This document shows, one piece after another, positions 36,587-45,430 of a DNA stretch of 64,000 nucleotides. Location: assembly GCA_036398095.1 (NCBI GenBank), contig DASWHR010000127.1, positions 1,995 to 65,994 of the forward strand, in the 5' to 3' direction. Position 1 is the first letter of the stretch. The number at the start of each line of letters is the position of its first letter. Made by a program: the position numbers and the translations under genes. The notes under the pieces were generated by a model, which saw only the letters and a list, made by a program, of their open reading frames with translations, was not told the origin of the DNA and did no database searches. The stretch comes from Actinomycetota bacterium (GTDB taxonomy: Bacteria; Actinomycetota; AC-67).

Positions 36587-36699
36587 GAGGGTGCTGAAAA
36601 AGACCGACCCGTGCTTGGTCGGACTTCAATCAGCTCAGGTCGAAGAGTTAACGTCGGTCGGGCTTGCATGCAGACACTCACTTTTTCAGCACCCTCCTA
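36584..36699. mobile_element. MITE-like element with 17-bp perfect terminal inverted repeats flanked by TA within CTAG
   Basis: TA-GGAGGGTGCTGAAAAAG...(78 bp, lower GC)...CTTTTTCAGCACCCTCC-TA. Including the flanks, the perfect inverted repeat is 20 bp (36583-36602 / 36681-36700). The element carries no ORF. Confidence 0.5.
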
Positions 36700-36957
36700 G
36701 GCGTCTGCTCCGCCGGCGAGCATCTGTTCGATCTGTGCTTTGAGCCGTTGCGTCAACTCGGGCGGCGCGGCGCCTTCGGAGCATTTTCGGCGCACGACTT
36801 CTTTCAGGTCCTTCTCGAAATCCACGTGGTGAAGACACGGCGGGCAGCGAGTCAGATGCGCTTCGATGGTCGCGCAATCGTCGCCGGCGATCTCGCCGTC
36901 GATGTAGAGGTACAGGCGCTCTAGGACCTGTCTGCAATCCGCTTCGGGGTTTCCCAT
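36697..36957 (-). CDS. rsrA: zinc-associated anti-sigma factor (RsrA/RshA type)
   Basis: ZAS motif [11 protein letters not shown] plus an upstream Cys. 86 aa, immediately downstream of the sigH-like gene. Confidence 0.85.
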   Translation of the reverse strand: MGNPEADCRQVLERLYLYIDGEIAGDDCATIEAHLTRCPPCLHHVDFEKDLKEVVRRKCSEGAAPPELTQRLKAQIEQMLAGGADA

Positions 36958-37517
36958 GGCTCTTCCTCTGTAACGAGCCCGTGGGTACGGGCAAATTCCC
37001 AAAGTCGCCTCTGAAGTTGCTTCCGGCCTCGATGGAGCCGGCTCATCACGGTTCCGATGGATACGCCCGTGATGTCCGCGATCTCTTTGTAGGAGAAGCC
37101 TTCGACATCGGCCAAAAGGACCGTCATCCGGAACTGCTCGGGGATCGCCTCCAGCGCCGCCTTGACCTCTTCGTCGGGGATTTGATCCAGGATCAACGTC
37201 TCGGGGGTCTCGGTCGTCGCCGCCGACAGCCGGTCGAAGAGCGAGAAGTCCTCCGATTCGGCTTCGCTCACCGTCTGCGGCTGGCGCTTGGCCTTGCGGT
37301 AGGAGGAAATGAAGGTGTTGACCATGATCTTGTACAGCCATGCGCGCAGGTTCGTCCCCGACTCGTATTGGCCGAATGCTTGGTACGCTTTGAGCGAGGT
37401 TTCTTGCAGCAGGTCCTCCGCGTCGGCCGAATTGCGCGTCAGTCGAAGCGCGGTTCCGTACATCTGCGCGATGAGCGGAAGGGCGGTTTCGGTGAACGAT
37501 TCCTGCGCGGCGGCCAT
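36921..37517 (-). CDS. sigH: ECF sigma factor, SigH/SigR type
   Basis: Region 2 ([26 protein letters not shown]) and region 4 ([23 protein letters not shown]). It is paired with a ZAS anti-sigma gene. Confidence 0.85.
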   Translation of the reverse strand: MAAAQESFTETALPLIAQMYGTALRLTRNSADAEDLLQETSLKAYQAFGQYESGTNLRAWLYKIMVNTFISSYRKAKRQPQTVSEAESEDFSLFDRLSAATTETPETLILDQIPDEEVKAALEAIPEQFRMTVLLADVEGFSYKEIADITGVSIGTVMSRLHRGRKQLQRRLWEFARTHGLVTEEEPWETPKRIADRS

Positions 37518-37529
37518 GGCGGGGCAACC

Positions 37530-38630
37530 TTAGCCGCCGGCGCCGGGGGCGTAAACCCGAGCATCTGGGTCGAGCGCGGCCCAGCCGAACCAGAGGCTTC
37601 GAATGCCGGCGAGCGGACGCAACGCGCGGCCGGCAAGCGGTCCGGCCACGGCGCGGCCGAACACGTTCCACCGCGTGCCGGTCTGCCGGTCCCGGAACAG
37701 CTGGTCGCCGTCCGGGCCTTCGGCCGGCTCGAACGTCAAGCGCCGCCCGTCGACTTCGGACGCGAAGGCGACGGCCGATCCGGCGTCGCGCGAGTCCGCG
37801 ATGACTTCGCGGTCCACGGCCGAAGCGACGCCGGAAACCCAGGCGACCACGACATCTTCGTCGTTGATCGTGCCGGCGTCGCGGACGGCATCGAAGGGAT
37901 AGACGCGGCCTCCGGGGACGGCCAGGACGTGGCTCATGGCCGGCAACCGCGGATCGGGCGTTCGCAGAAACAAGCGGCGCGGCGGGATCGACCGGGCGGC
38001 ATAGCCTTGATAGGGCGAGCGACCGTAGGGCCGCGCGTAGCCGGTCTCGGGATCGAGGACGGTTCCGTCGGGGAACGCCTCCGCGTACCCGGAGGCCGGC
38101 ACGAGCATCACAGCCACCGGCGCAAGCGCGCCGGCCGGTTTCGCCCTCGCCTCCGGACCCGCGACGGCGCGGCCGGTCGGGGGAAGCCACAGCGATCCGG
38201 TCTCACGGTCGGCCATGACCCCGGTCGCGGCATAGATCTTGCCGCTCTGCGCGAAAGTGAACGTCCGGCCGGCGCTGCGCCGTACCCAGGCGGCAACCGA
38301 GTCGGTCAGCGGGCTGTAGGCCACGACGACCGGAACGCCGCCGACGACATCGTTGACGACCTCGTGCCAGACCAGGATCGACAGCGGATACGCGCGCGTG
38401 ATGCCGCCGGCCTCGATCACCGCGAGCGGTTCGACGTCGTCGGGCCGAATCCGGGCGATGGCGGCGTGAACCGGGTCGTCCAGCGGCGGGATCGATCCGT
38501 ATCCGAGCGCGTCGATCATCTCGGCGGCGCGAAAGCCGCTCGTGGGCGGCCCGGTCGCGAAACGAAGGCCGCTGCACCCCCCAGAGAGGATGGCAAAAAG
38601 CCAAAGCAACCCAAGCATCCGAAATCGCAT
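37530..38630 (-). CDS. DUF3179 domain lipoprotein
   Basis: Starts MRFRMLGLLWLFAILSGGC (lipobox). Conserved segments YPLSILVWHEVVND and GVMADRETGSLW. Confidence 0.8.
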   Translation of the reverse strand: MRFRMLGLLWLFAILSGGCSGLRFATGPPTSGFRAAEMIDALGYGSIPPLDDPVHAAIARIRPDDVEPLAVIEAGGITRAYPLSILVWHEVVNDVVGGVPVVVAYSPLTDSVAAWVRRSAGRTFTFAQSGKIYAATGVMADRETGSLWLPPTGRAVAGPEARAKPAGALAPVAVMLVPASGYAEAFPDGTVLDPETGYARPYGRSPYQGYAARSIPPRRLFLRTPDPRLPAMSHVLAVPGGRVYPFDAVRDAGTINDEDVVVAWVSGVASAVDREVIADSRDAGSAVAFASEVDGRRLTFEPAEGPDGDQLFRDRQTGTRWNVFGRAVAGPLAGRALRPLAGIRSLWFGWAALDPDARVYAPGAGG

Positions 38631-38734
38631 ACGTGTGATTTGACCCCTCCCCCTAAGTTTGGCAACCTGGACCGCCGTGAAGCCTACCGCCGGGTAAACG
38701 GGGCTCGATTGCCCGACGGGCATGGAGGGGAACT

Positions 38735-39709
38735 ATCTCGAAGCGCATCGCCGTCATTCTTGCCGCCTTGATCGCGGTTTCCTTGCTTCCCTCACTCCCG
38801 GCCGGGGCGATCGGGCGCAGCGAACTCGAATCCCGCGTCAAGACGCTCAAGAAGTCCTTGGACGCGATCACGGCGACCCTGTCCGATGCCGAGCGAGAGC
38901 TCGACGCGGCGCAGAAAGCCGTTGACGTCCATACCCGGGCGCTCGCCGCGGCCGGCAAGCGACTGGCGAGCCTGCGGAACGCGCATTCGCGACGCAGCGC
39001 CGAGATGTACATCGCCGGAAGCGCCGGGCTGATCGACACCCTGGTCGCCTCCGAGGACGTGGACGTCTTCGTCGAGCGGCTCGGCTATCTGGAGCGGATC
39101 CGCTCCGCCGAAGACGCCGGGCTCGACAGCATCGTGGCGCTTCAGCGCCGGGCCAAGACCGAAACCGTCGAGCTTCGCGAGGCCCGCGACGAGGCCGCCG
39201 CCGCGCTGCGCACGCTGCAGAAGCGCCGCAGCGGCCTGGACGCCAAGCTTCGCGACTGGCAGTCGCTGCTGAACCTATCGAACGCGATGGCGAGTGGAAC
39301 GCGCGCCTCGCGCAGCAGCATCCGGGGCTTCCGCTGTCCCGTCCGCGGACCGCACGGCCTGTCCAACGACTTCGGCGACCGCCGTCGCGGCGGACCGCAT
39401 CAAGGCATCGACATGCCGGCCAACTCGGGCACGCCGGTCGCGGCGGTCCTGACCGGCCGGATCGCCGACGTGGTGCGCGGCGGCTGGATGGGCCGCGGGA
39501 TCATCCTTCGCGACACAGCCGGAAACGAGTGGTGGTACGCACATCTGTCGTCCACCTACGTCTCGCGCGGCGAGGGAGTTTCTGCCGGCCAGGTGCTCGG
39601 CCGCGTCGGATGCAGCGGAAACTGCACCGGACCGCATCTGCATTTCGAGTACCACCCGGGCGGCGGCGCCGCCCGCAACCCCTACAAGATCCTCCGCGCC
39701 GCCTGCTAG
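38735..39709 (+). CDS. secreted M23 family metallopeptidase with coiled-coil N-terminal region
   Basis: M23 motifs HQGIDM and GPHLHFEY. The first canonical start (TTG 38768) truncates the signal peptide. GGAGG at 38724-38728 sits 6 nt upstream of in-frame ATC 38735, which yields ISKRIAVILAALIAVSLLPSLPAGA. Confidence 0.75.
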   Translation: MSKRIAVILAALIAVSLLPSLPAGAIGRSELESRVKTLKKSLDAITATLSDAERELDAAQKAVDVHTRALAAAGKRLASLRNAHSRRSAEMYIAGSAGLIDTLVASEDVDVFVERLGYLERIRSAEDAGLDSIVALQRRAKTETVELREARDEAAAALRTLQKRRSGLDAKLRDWQSLLNLSNAMASGTRASRSSIRGFRCPVRGPHGLSNDFGDRRRGGPHQGIDMPANSGTPVAAVLTGRIADVVRGGWMGRGIILRDTAGNEWWYAHLSSTYVSRGEGVSAGQVLGRVGCSGNCTGPHLHFEYHPGGGAARNPYKILRAAC

Positions 39710-40245
39710 CGCGCTTGCGGCAACGCCCAGAGGCCGCGGTTCGCTTCGCGCGCTTCGCGTTGCAGGTCGCGGAACACGTCCACGTAGCGAACGTTCGGCG
39801 GATAGGTTGCGATCTGCGCGTAGCCTTCGATCAGGAGCGTCGCGTTGAACATGCCGCTACGAACGTCCGCGGCCGATCCGTCTCCCCGCGGCCGCATCCA
39901 GATGTAGGCAAGCAGGCGTCCGTAGCGATCGCGACGTTCGATGTCGTATTCCAAGTAGATCGTTGCGCCGTCCAGCCTCTGCCGCGCGAAGCGGGACGCT
40001 TCGGCGCCGTAGGGCTCGTGCCGCGTCGTGCTTTCGGGCGTGTTCACCCCGATGAAGCGGATCTTTTCGGTCGCCCCGGTGGCCGCGAGGCGCGCATGAA
40101 CCGTGTCCCCGTCCACGACTCGCGTGACCGTTGCCCGGTCGACTGTGCGCGCCCCATCGAATGCCTCGATCACGCCCGTCGCGCTGCAGGCCGACAAGGC
40201 CGCCATCGCAAGGACGGCGATCGCACCCCGAAGGATGTCCACCAC
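39706..40245 (-). CDS. thermonuclease (SNase) family lipoprotein
   Basis: Motifs VVDGDTV, RFIGVNTPE, YGRLLAYIW and the lipobox ALSAC. The start is assigned to GTG 40245, just downstream of the mazF stop. Confidence 0.8.
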   Translation of the reverse strand: MVDILRGAIAVLAMAALSACSATGVIEAFDGARTVDRATVTRVVDGDTVHARLAATGATEKIRFIGVNTPESTTRHEPYGAEASRFARQRLDGATIYLEYDIERRDRYGRLLAYIWMRPRGDGSAADVRSGMFNATLLIEGYAQIATYPPNVRYVDVFRDLQREAREANRGLWALPQAR

Positions 40246-40246
40246 C

Positions 40247-40558
40247 TCAGCAGCCGGCCGCGACGGCGAGCGCCTCGCACACGGATTGCATTCGCCCGGC
40301 AGACAGCGCGGTGATGCGTTCCGTGCAAAGCGACTTTCGGATCGTGGTGATGTTGTCGAGCGTGAGGACGCACGGAGCGGGCATGCCGTCGTCACGGCCG
40401 ATGAAAACCTCGGTCGGGATCTCGCGGATCGTCCGCGTCGCGGGAATCGCCATGATCCGCTCGAGCACAGCGATCGCGGGCGTGCGCGTCAAGATCAAGA
40501 AAGGCCGGCGTCCCGCGTCGGGATGCTCGTACCACCAGACCTCGCCGCGGGCTACCAC
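40247..40558 (-). CDS. mazF: MazF/PemK family type II toxin
   Basis: Starts MVARGEVWWYEHPDAGRRPFLILT, followed by the ...CVLTLDNITTI... pattern typical of the family. Confidence 0.85.
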   Translation of the reverse strand: MVARGEVWWYEHPDAGRRPFLILTRTPAIAVLERIMAIPATRTIREIPTEVFIGRDDGMPAPCVLTLDNITTIRKSLCTERITALSAGRMQSVCEALAVAAGC

Positions 40559-40833
40559 GGTGGCAACCCGGCCTCGCGTTCTTCGGCGTCCAGGCGAGCC
40601 AGCAGCTCGCGGGCGGCCGCGTCGGCCGTTCGTTCGTCCTCGGCGGCTTGCGGTATCCGGTTGTATCCGGCCACGATCGCCGCGTCGATGTCCCGCTGGG
40701 ACGCCGCGGCCAGATACGCTTCAGCCGCCTCGCGGATCAGGACCGAGCGCGAGATCCCTCGGCGAGCCGCCTCCTCGTCCAGCCGCCGACGAAGCTCCTC
40801 CGTCAGTTGAACGAGCGTCTCAATCCTTGCCAT
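40552..40833 (-). CDS. ribbon-helix-helix (CopG-type) antitoxin
   Basis: MARIETLVQLTEELRRRLDEEAARRGISRSVLIREAAEAYL. Overlaps the toxin start by 7 bp. Confidence 0.8.
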   Translation of the reverse strand: MARIETLVQLTEELRRRLDEEAARRGISRSVLIREAAEAYLAAASQRDIDAAIVAGYNRIPQAAEDERTADAAARELLARLDAEEREAGLPPW

Positions 40834-40869
40834 ATGGCTACCATATGGCACGGTGTCGCTGGTCGTCAA
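40830..40869 (-). promoter_or_regulatory. promoter and operator of the mazEF-like operon, probably leaderless
   Basis: On the minus strand: TTGACG (40869-40864), an 18-nt spacer, TATGGT (40845-40840), then ATG at 40833. Two CCATATGG palindromes sit 11 bp apart (40830-40837, 40841-40848) and cover the -10 element and the start codon. Confidence 0.5.
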
Positions 40870-40876
40870 TGACATG

Positions 40877-40909
40877 GAAGAGGGCCGGCCACAGCGGCCG
40901 GCCCTCTTC
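40877..40909 (-). terminator. 14-bp perfect GC-rich hairpin after the secreted-protein gene
   Basis: GAAGAGGGCCGGCC / GGCCGGCCCTCTTC with a 5-nt loop, 13 nt beyond the stop at 40922. Confidence 0.6.
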
Positions 40910-40921
40910 CCTGCTTCCGCG

Positions 40922-41575
40922 TCAGATCGTGGCGTCGTTGGCCAGCTTGGAGGGCTGCACGACAAGCGTGCGGTTCCCGATCGCGGCCTCGGCGGTCGCG
41001 TCACCCGTCGTTTCCTGGGCGAGCGTCGCCTTCACGGTGATCTCGTGGATTCCGGAGCCGACGTTCAAGTGGACCCAGTTGAACGAGTTCGCAGCCTTTG
41101 TGTCGATGAAGTCCTCTTCGATGTCCTGGCCGTCGAGCGGGTCCTCCGCGTCGGTGACGGTCCGGCTGTAAGTACGGTTGCAGAACGTGACCTTGTCACG
41201 GTCGCTCCCGGCGGTGGACGAGTTGACCGGCACGATCTGTCCGTCGACCTCGATCCACGCGAGTACCGTCCCGGCGGCGGTTGCCGTACTGACCCCGCCG
41301 TTGTCGGACGGCCCGGTCAGCAGCCGGGTGAAGATCGAGCACTCCAGTGTCACCGAAAGAACCAAATCGCTCGGGGATGAGCTGCGAAGCGTCGCCGACA
41401 GGATCGTGACCTCGGCATTCGGCCCCATGACCTCCAAGGTCGAACCCGCCGCCACGACCTTGTCGGCCGGCTGATGGGTCGCCCCGGCGCCGAAGACGCC
41501 TCCGAAAAGCAGAGCGCCGGCCGCAAGACCGGCTACGACAAGGCTCACCCGGCGCGGTGCTGTTTCCTTCGACAT
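40922..41575 (-). CDS. secreted/anchored hypothetical protein
   Basis: GGGGGAGGAGG lies upstream of ATG 41575. The N-terminal TM/signal is LVVAGLAAGALLFGGVFGAGA. The remainder is rich in beta-type sequence. Confidence 0.65.
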   Translation of the reverse strand: MSKETAPRRVSLVVAGLAAGALLFGGVFGAGATHQPADKVVAAGSTLEVMGPNAEVTILSATLRSSSPSDLVLSVTLECSIFTRLLTGPSDNGGVSTATAAGTVLAWIEVDGQIVPVNSSTAGSDRDKVTFCNRTYSRTVTDAEDPLDGQDIEEDFIDTKAANSFNWVHLNVGSGIHEITVKATLAQETTGDATAEAAIGNRTLVVQPSKLANDATI

Positions 41576-41711
41576 TGTTCCTCCTCCCCCGGGGGCGGCC
41601 CCAGGCTCTCGAACAAACCCATGCCTGATGCCCAATTCGATGAAAAGGCAAACATATCCTGCCGCTTTTCCACGAAAGGAACGCGCCGCCTCGGCGGCGA
41701 ACGATCTCCCC

Positions 41712-44051
41712 ATGACCTCTCGCCGCCGCGGTTGGACCGCCTCGCTCGCGATCGTCGCCGTGCTGGCGGCGCCTCTGGCCGGCACGACGGTGCCGAGCCG
41801 CGCGGAGCCGGCGTCGCTTGTCGATCCGTTCATCGGCACGCTCGGCGCGGGTTTCGTCTTCCCGGGACCGGCCGCGCCGCACGGGATGGTGCAGCTCTCC
41901 CCCGACACCGAAGGTTACTTCGCATACACCGGCTACCAGTGGGCCGACACGCGGATCCGAGGCTTCAGCCACGTTCACGTCCAGTCGATGGGCGTTCCCG
42001 AGGGCGGCAACATTCCGCTGATGCCCACGACCGGCGACGTGGTCACCGACGTCGCCGACTACCAGTCGCCGTTCTCCCACGCGACCGAACGCGCGCGTCC
42101 CGGCTTCTACGACGTGCTGCTCCTCCGCGACCGGGTTCGCGCCGAGCTGACGGCCGGCGTTCGCGCCGGCATGCACCGCTACACCTTTCCCGCGACCGAC
42201 CGCGCCAACGTGCTGCTCGACATCGGGCGGCAGGTGCCCGGCGGCGACATCAACAGCAGCCTGCAACGCGAAGCGGGATCAAATCGCGCGTCGGTCCGCG
42301 TCCTCGACGACCGCACGATCGTGGGGACCGCCAATGTCGATCGCGCCGCCCCGCACGGCTACCGCGTCCATTTCGCGGCCGTCTTCGACCGCGCGTTCGA
42401 CTCGTCCGGCGTGTGGGCCTCGCGCGGCGCGCCGTTGCAGCGCAGCGTTGCGGCCGTCGAAGGCGTCGGTGCCGGCGCGGCGGTGACGTTCGATGCGCGC
42501 ACGGATCGCGACGTGGTGATCAAGGTCGGCATCTCGTTCGTCTCGCAGGACAATGCGCTCGAAAACCTGGACGCAGAGGCGCCGGGTTTCGATTTCGACG
42601 GCTTGCGCGACTCCACCTACGCGGCGTGGAACGATGCGCTTTCGGTCATCGACATCGACGGCGGCACCCCGGCCGAGCGGACCGCCTTCACCACCGCGCT
42701 GTATCACGCGCAGCACCATCCGAACGTCTTCAACGACGTCAACGGCGAGTACCTCGGCCACGACAATGCCGTGCACCGCATCGGCGCCGACGGCGACCCG
42801 ATGCCGGCCGGGTCGACCTACTACGCCAACTTCTCGATGTGGGACACCTATCGCGCCGAGATGCCGCTGCTCGCGTTGATCGCGCCCGGCCGCTATCGGG
42901 ACATGATGCGATCGCTCGCCGCGATCATCCGGTCGGGCAGCGTGATGCCGCGCTGGGCGCTGATGAACGGCAATCCCAACTATATGAACGGCGAGCCGGC
43001 GTTGCCGGTGATCGTCGACGGCTTCTGCCGCGGGCTGGTGCCCGCCGACGCGCTCGATGCGCTCTACACCGAAGCGCGCCGCGTCGCGCTTGAGGGGCGA
43101 CGCAATCTCGAGTTCTATTCCCGCGGCTACACCGACGAGGCGTCGATGACGCTCGAGTATGCGCTCGCCGACTTCGCGCTGGCGTTGATGGCCGACCGGC
43201 TGGACCGTACCGACGACCGCGACCGGTTGCTCGCGCAGTCGAACGCCTGGCGCAACCTGCTCGATCCCGAGACGCGGTTCATCCGGCCTCGCAACGCCGA
43301 CGGCTCCTGGCACGGCGACCCGTATCTGCCCGAGATGCCCGACCGTTTCCGCGAAGGCACCGGCTGGCAATACACCTGGCTGGCGCCCCAGGACGTCGCC
43401 GGGCTGTTCGAGGCGATGGGCGACGAGGACCTGGTGCGCGCACGCCTGGACGTGTTCTTCTCGACTGCGCTCAACGCAACCGTTCCGCTCGCGCCGGCCG
43501 AGGCGCAGCAGAAAGCGACCGCCTACGGGATCGCCTACTACGGGAATCAGTACGCGCCGTCGAACGAGCACGACCTGCAGGCGCCCTGGCTCTACAACTG
43601 GACCTCGCAGCCGTGGAAGACGCAGGCGATCCAGCGCGCCTATCAAGGCTTGTACCGCGCGACGCCCGACGGCCTGCCCGGAAACGACGATCTGGGAACG
43701 ATGAGCGCCTGGTTCGTGTGGAGCGCTCTCGGGTTGTATCCGGTCACGCCGGGCTCGCCCACCTACACCATCGGAAGCCCTCTCTTCACCCGCGCCGTGG
43801 TGCATCCGCCGGGTTCGCCGTCGTTCACGATCGAAGCGCCGGGCGCGTCGCTCGCCGGGCGCTACGTTCAGTCCGCAACCCTGAACACGCAGCCGCTCGA
43901 CACGACGTGGATCACGCACGATGCGCTGATCGGCGGCGCAACACTGCGCCTTCCAATGGGACCCGCCCCATCCGCCTGGGGCTCCGCACCCGCCGCACGC
44001 CCCCCGTCCGCATCCACCAATCCCCTCGCCGACTTCTCCTGCCGGCCATGA
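41712..44051 (+). CDS. GH92 family alpha-mannosidase, secreted
   Basis: The motifs FIGTLGAGFVFPGPAAPHGMVQLSPDT, GNDDLGTMSAWFVWSALG and others are diagnostic of GH92. The start is taken at ATG 41712 (MTSRRRGWTASLAIVAVLAA). Confidence 0.9.
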   Translation: MTSRRRGWTASLAIVAVLAAPLAGTTVPSRAEPASLVDPFIGTLGAGFVFPGPAAPHGMVQLSPDTEGYFAYTGYQWADTRIRGFSHVHVQSMGVPEGGNIPLMPTTGDVVTDVADYQSPFSHATERARPGFYDVLLLRDRVRAELTAGVRAGMHRYTFPATDRANVLLDIGRQVPGGDINSSLQREAGSNRASVRVLDDRTIVGTANVDRAAPHGYRVHFAAVFDRAFDSSGVWASRGAPLQRSVAAVEGVGAGAAVTFDARTDRDVVIKVGISFVSQDNALENLDAEAPGFDFDGLRDSTYAAWNDALSVIDIDGGTPAERTAFTTALYHAQHHPNVFNDVNGEYLGHDNAVHRIGADGDPMPAGSTYYANFSMWDTYRAEMPLLALIAPGRYRDMMRSLAAIIRSGSVMPRWALMNGNPNYMNGEPALPVIVDGFCRGLVPADALDALYTEARRVALEGRRNLEFYSRGYTDEASMTLEYALADFALALMADRLDRTDDRDRLLAQSNAWRNLLDPETRFIRPRNADGSWHGDPYLPEMPDRFREGTGWQYTWLAPQDVAGLFEAMGDEDLVRARLDVFFSTALNATVPLAPAEAQQKATAYGIAYYGNQYAPSNEHDLQAPWLYNWTSQPWKTQAIQRAYQGLYRATPDGLPGNDDLGTMSAWFVWSALGLYPVTPGSPTYTIGSPLFTRAVVHPPGSPSFTIEAPGASLAGRYVQSATLNTQPLDTTWITHDALIGGATLRLPMGPAPSAWGSAPAARPPSASTNPLADFSCRP

Positions 44052-44575
44052 GACCACGAGACTGGTCCATCCTCGGCATGCGCCTGTTCGCCATCTATCT
44101 CGCAGTGCTCGCGATCTGGCCTTTGACCGACGCGATTCAACACGTCGATCGGATAGGGAACCTCGAGGCGCTCCGATTCTTTATTCAGGGCGTCGTCGTC
44201 GCAGCGGCGACCGCGGTAGTAGGTCTGGTGCTGTGGAAGACCGCACCACGGATCACGACAGTCCTGCTTCCATACGGCCAACACGCGAAGGTTTCCGCCG
44301 TCACCGCGCGCGACGTTCTTACGATCGGCTTCGTGCTCGCCGGGATCTTCCTGGCAGCATCCGCTGTCACACCGCTTCTCGTGAACCTCCAGTCGGTCGT
44401 CTTTCCCGCTCCGGTGACATCAGGACACTTGGATACCTCGTTCGAGGAGATACACCGTCGGCAGTCGATAGCGTTCGTCGTCGGTTCGGTCGTCGAAGGC
44501 GGGATCGGCCTCCTGCTCGCGTTCGGGGCGTCGCGCTTCGCGACGCGCGCCAGTATCTCCAAGGAAGCCCCGTGA
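44048..44575 (+). CDS. integral membrane protein, paralogue A
   Basis: ATGA overlap with the GH92 stop. Four hydrophobic segments. Confidence 0.6.
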   Translation: MRPRDWSILGMRLFAIYLAVLAIWPLTDAIQHVDRIGNLEALRFFIQGVVVAAATAVVGLVLWKTAPRITTVLLPYGQHAKVSAVTARDVLTIGFVLAGIFLAASAVTPLLVNLQSVVFPAPVTSGHLDTSFEEIHRRQSIAFVVGSVVEGGIGLLLAFGASRFATRASISKEAP

Positions 44576-45144
44576 CATCCAATGGGCAGACGATCTCGCC
44601 GCACTCCTGGGCACGGGCAGGCGTGATGCTGCTGGCGATCCCGGTCGCGGCGCACGCCATGGGCGATGCCACCCGAATCGCCGACTACGTCGCCATCGGC
44701 GCCGCCGGTGCGGTTTGGGATAACGCGCAACATACTGTCGTGGCCTTGGTACTGCACCTGGCGGTCGCGATATTGCTGTGGGTCGGCAGCGCGCGGATCG
44801 CCGCTGCGATCTTCCCCCACGAGGCGGACACCGGAGACGATGACCTCGAACGTATTCTGGCGGTCGCGCTCGTGGTGGCCGGCGTGGCCTTGGCCGTCAG
44901 CACGCTTCAACAGTTCGGGGCGGGCGTCTCGGAGATCGCCGTTCCGACGCTGGGCCCCGCGTTCGGCGCCGAAGCGATCTCAAACAGGAGAACCCAAGGG
45001 GCCGTCAAAGCGGGCGGAGCTGCGATCACAGCGCTCGCCGGGCTGCTGCTCGCACGGCGAAGCCGCGACATCGCGCGAGCAATCGCACGCCGCGGACATG
45101 ACCGAGACCCGTGGGCAGGATCAGTCGACGAGGAACGCGCCTAG
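44572..45144 (+). CDS. integral membrane protein, paralogue B
   Basis: GTGA overlap with paralogue A. The topology and the C-terminal GG....LLLA..SR..AR motif are similar. Confidence 0.6.
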   Translation: MTSNGQTISPHSWARAGVMLLAIPVAAHAMGDATRIADYVAIGAAGAVWDNAQHTVVALVLHLAVAILLWVGSARIAAAIFPHEADTGDDDLERILAVALVVAGVALAVSTLQQFGAGVSEIAVPTLGPAFGAEAISNRRTQGAVKAGGAAITALAGLLLARRSRDIARAIARRGHDRDPWAGSVDEERA

Positions 45145-45178
45145 GCTCGCGGTGCCGATCTCACGTGGCGCGGCGCCC

Positions 45179-45203
45179 TCTTACATCACCGTACTCGTAT
45201 GAT
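45179..45203 (+). promoter_or_regulatory. inverted repeat upstream of vapB (candidate operator)
   Basis: TACATCA-N11-TGATGTA overlaps a TATGAT -10-like hexamer, 15 nt upstream of the ATG. Confidence 0.35.
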
Positions 45204-45217
45204 GTATCCTCCACCTT

Positions 45218-45430
45218 ATGAAACGGCTGCAGATCAGCATCGAGGAAGAGCTCGACGACGCGCTGGCCGTCGAGGCGAGCCGGCGCCGGACCTCCAAAGC
45301 GGCGCTGATCCGGCAGTACGTTCGCGAACGCTTGGGGCGCAGCCGTCCCGCCCCCGATCCCCTGACTGCGCTCGTCGGGGACATCGACGACGAGGCCGGC
45401 GACATCGACGCGATCGTCTACGACCGGTGA
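45218..45430 (+). CDS. vapB: RHH (CopG/VapB-type) antitoxin
   Basis: MKRLQISIEEELDDALAVEASRRRTSKAALIRQYVRERL. Confidence 0.8.
   Translation: MKRLQISIEEELDDALAVEASRRRTSKAALIRQYVRERLGRSRPAPDPLTALVGDIDDEAGDIDAIVYDR

Noticed and set aside
38631-38734. A c-di-AMP (ydaO-type) riboswitch upstream of the M23 cell-wall hydrolase, as is often seen in actinobacteria.
   Set aside because: Only about 100 nt separate the divergent start codons, and the promoter would consume about 40 nt of that. The remaining leader is too short, and I could not find the paired pseudo-symmetric conserved blocks.
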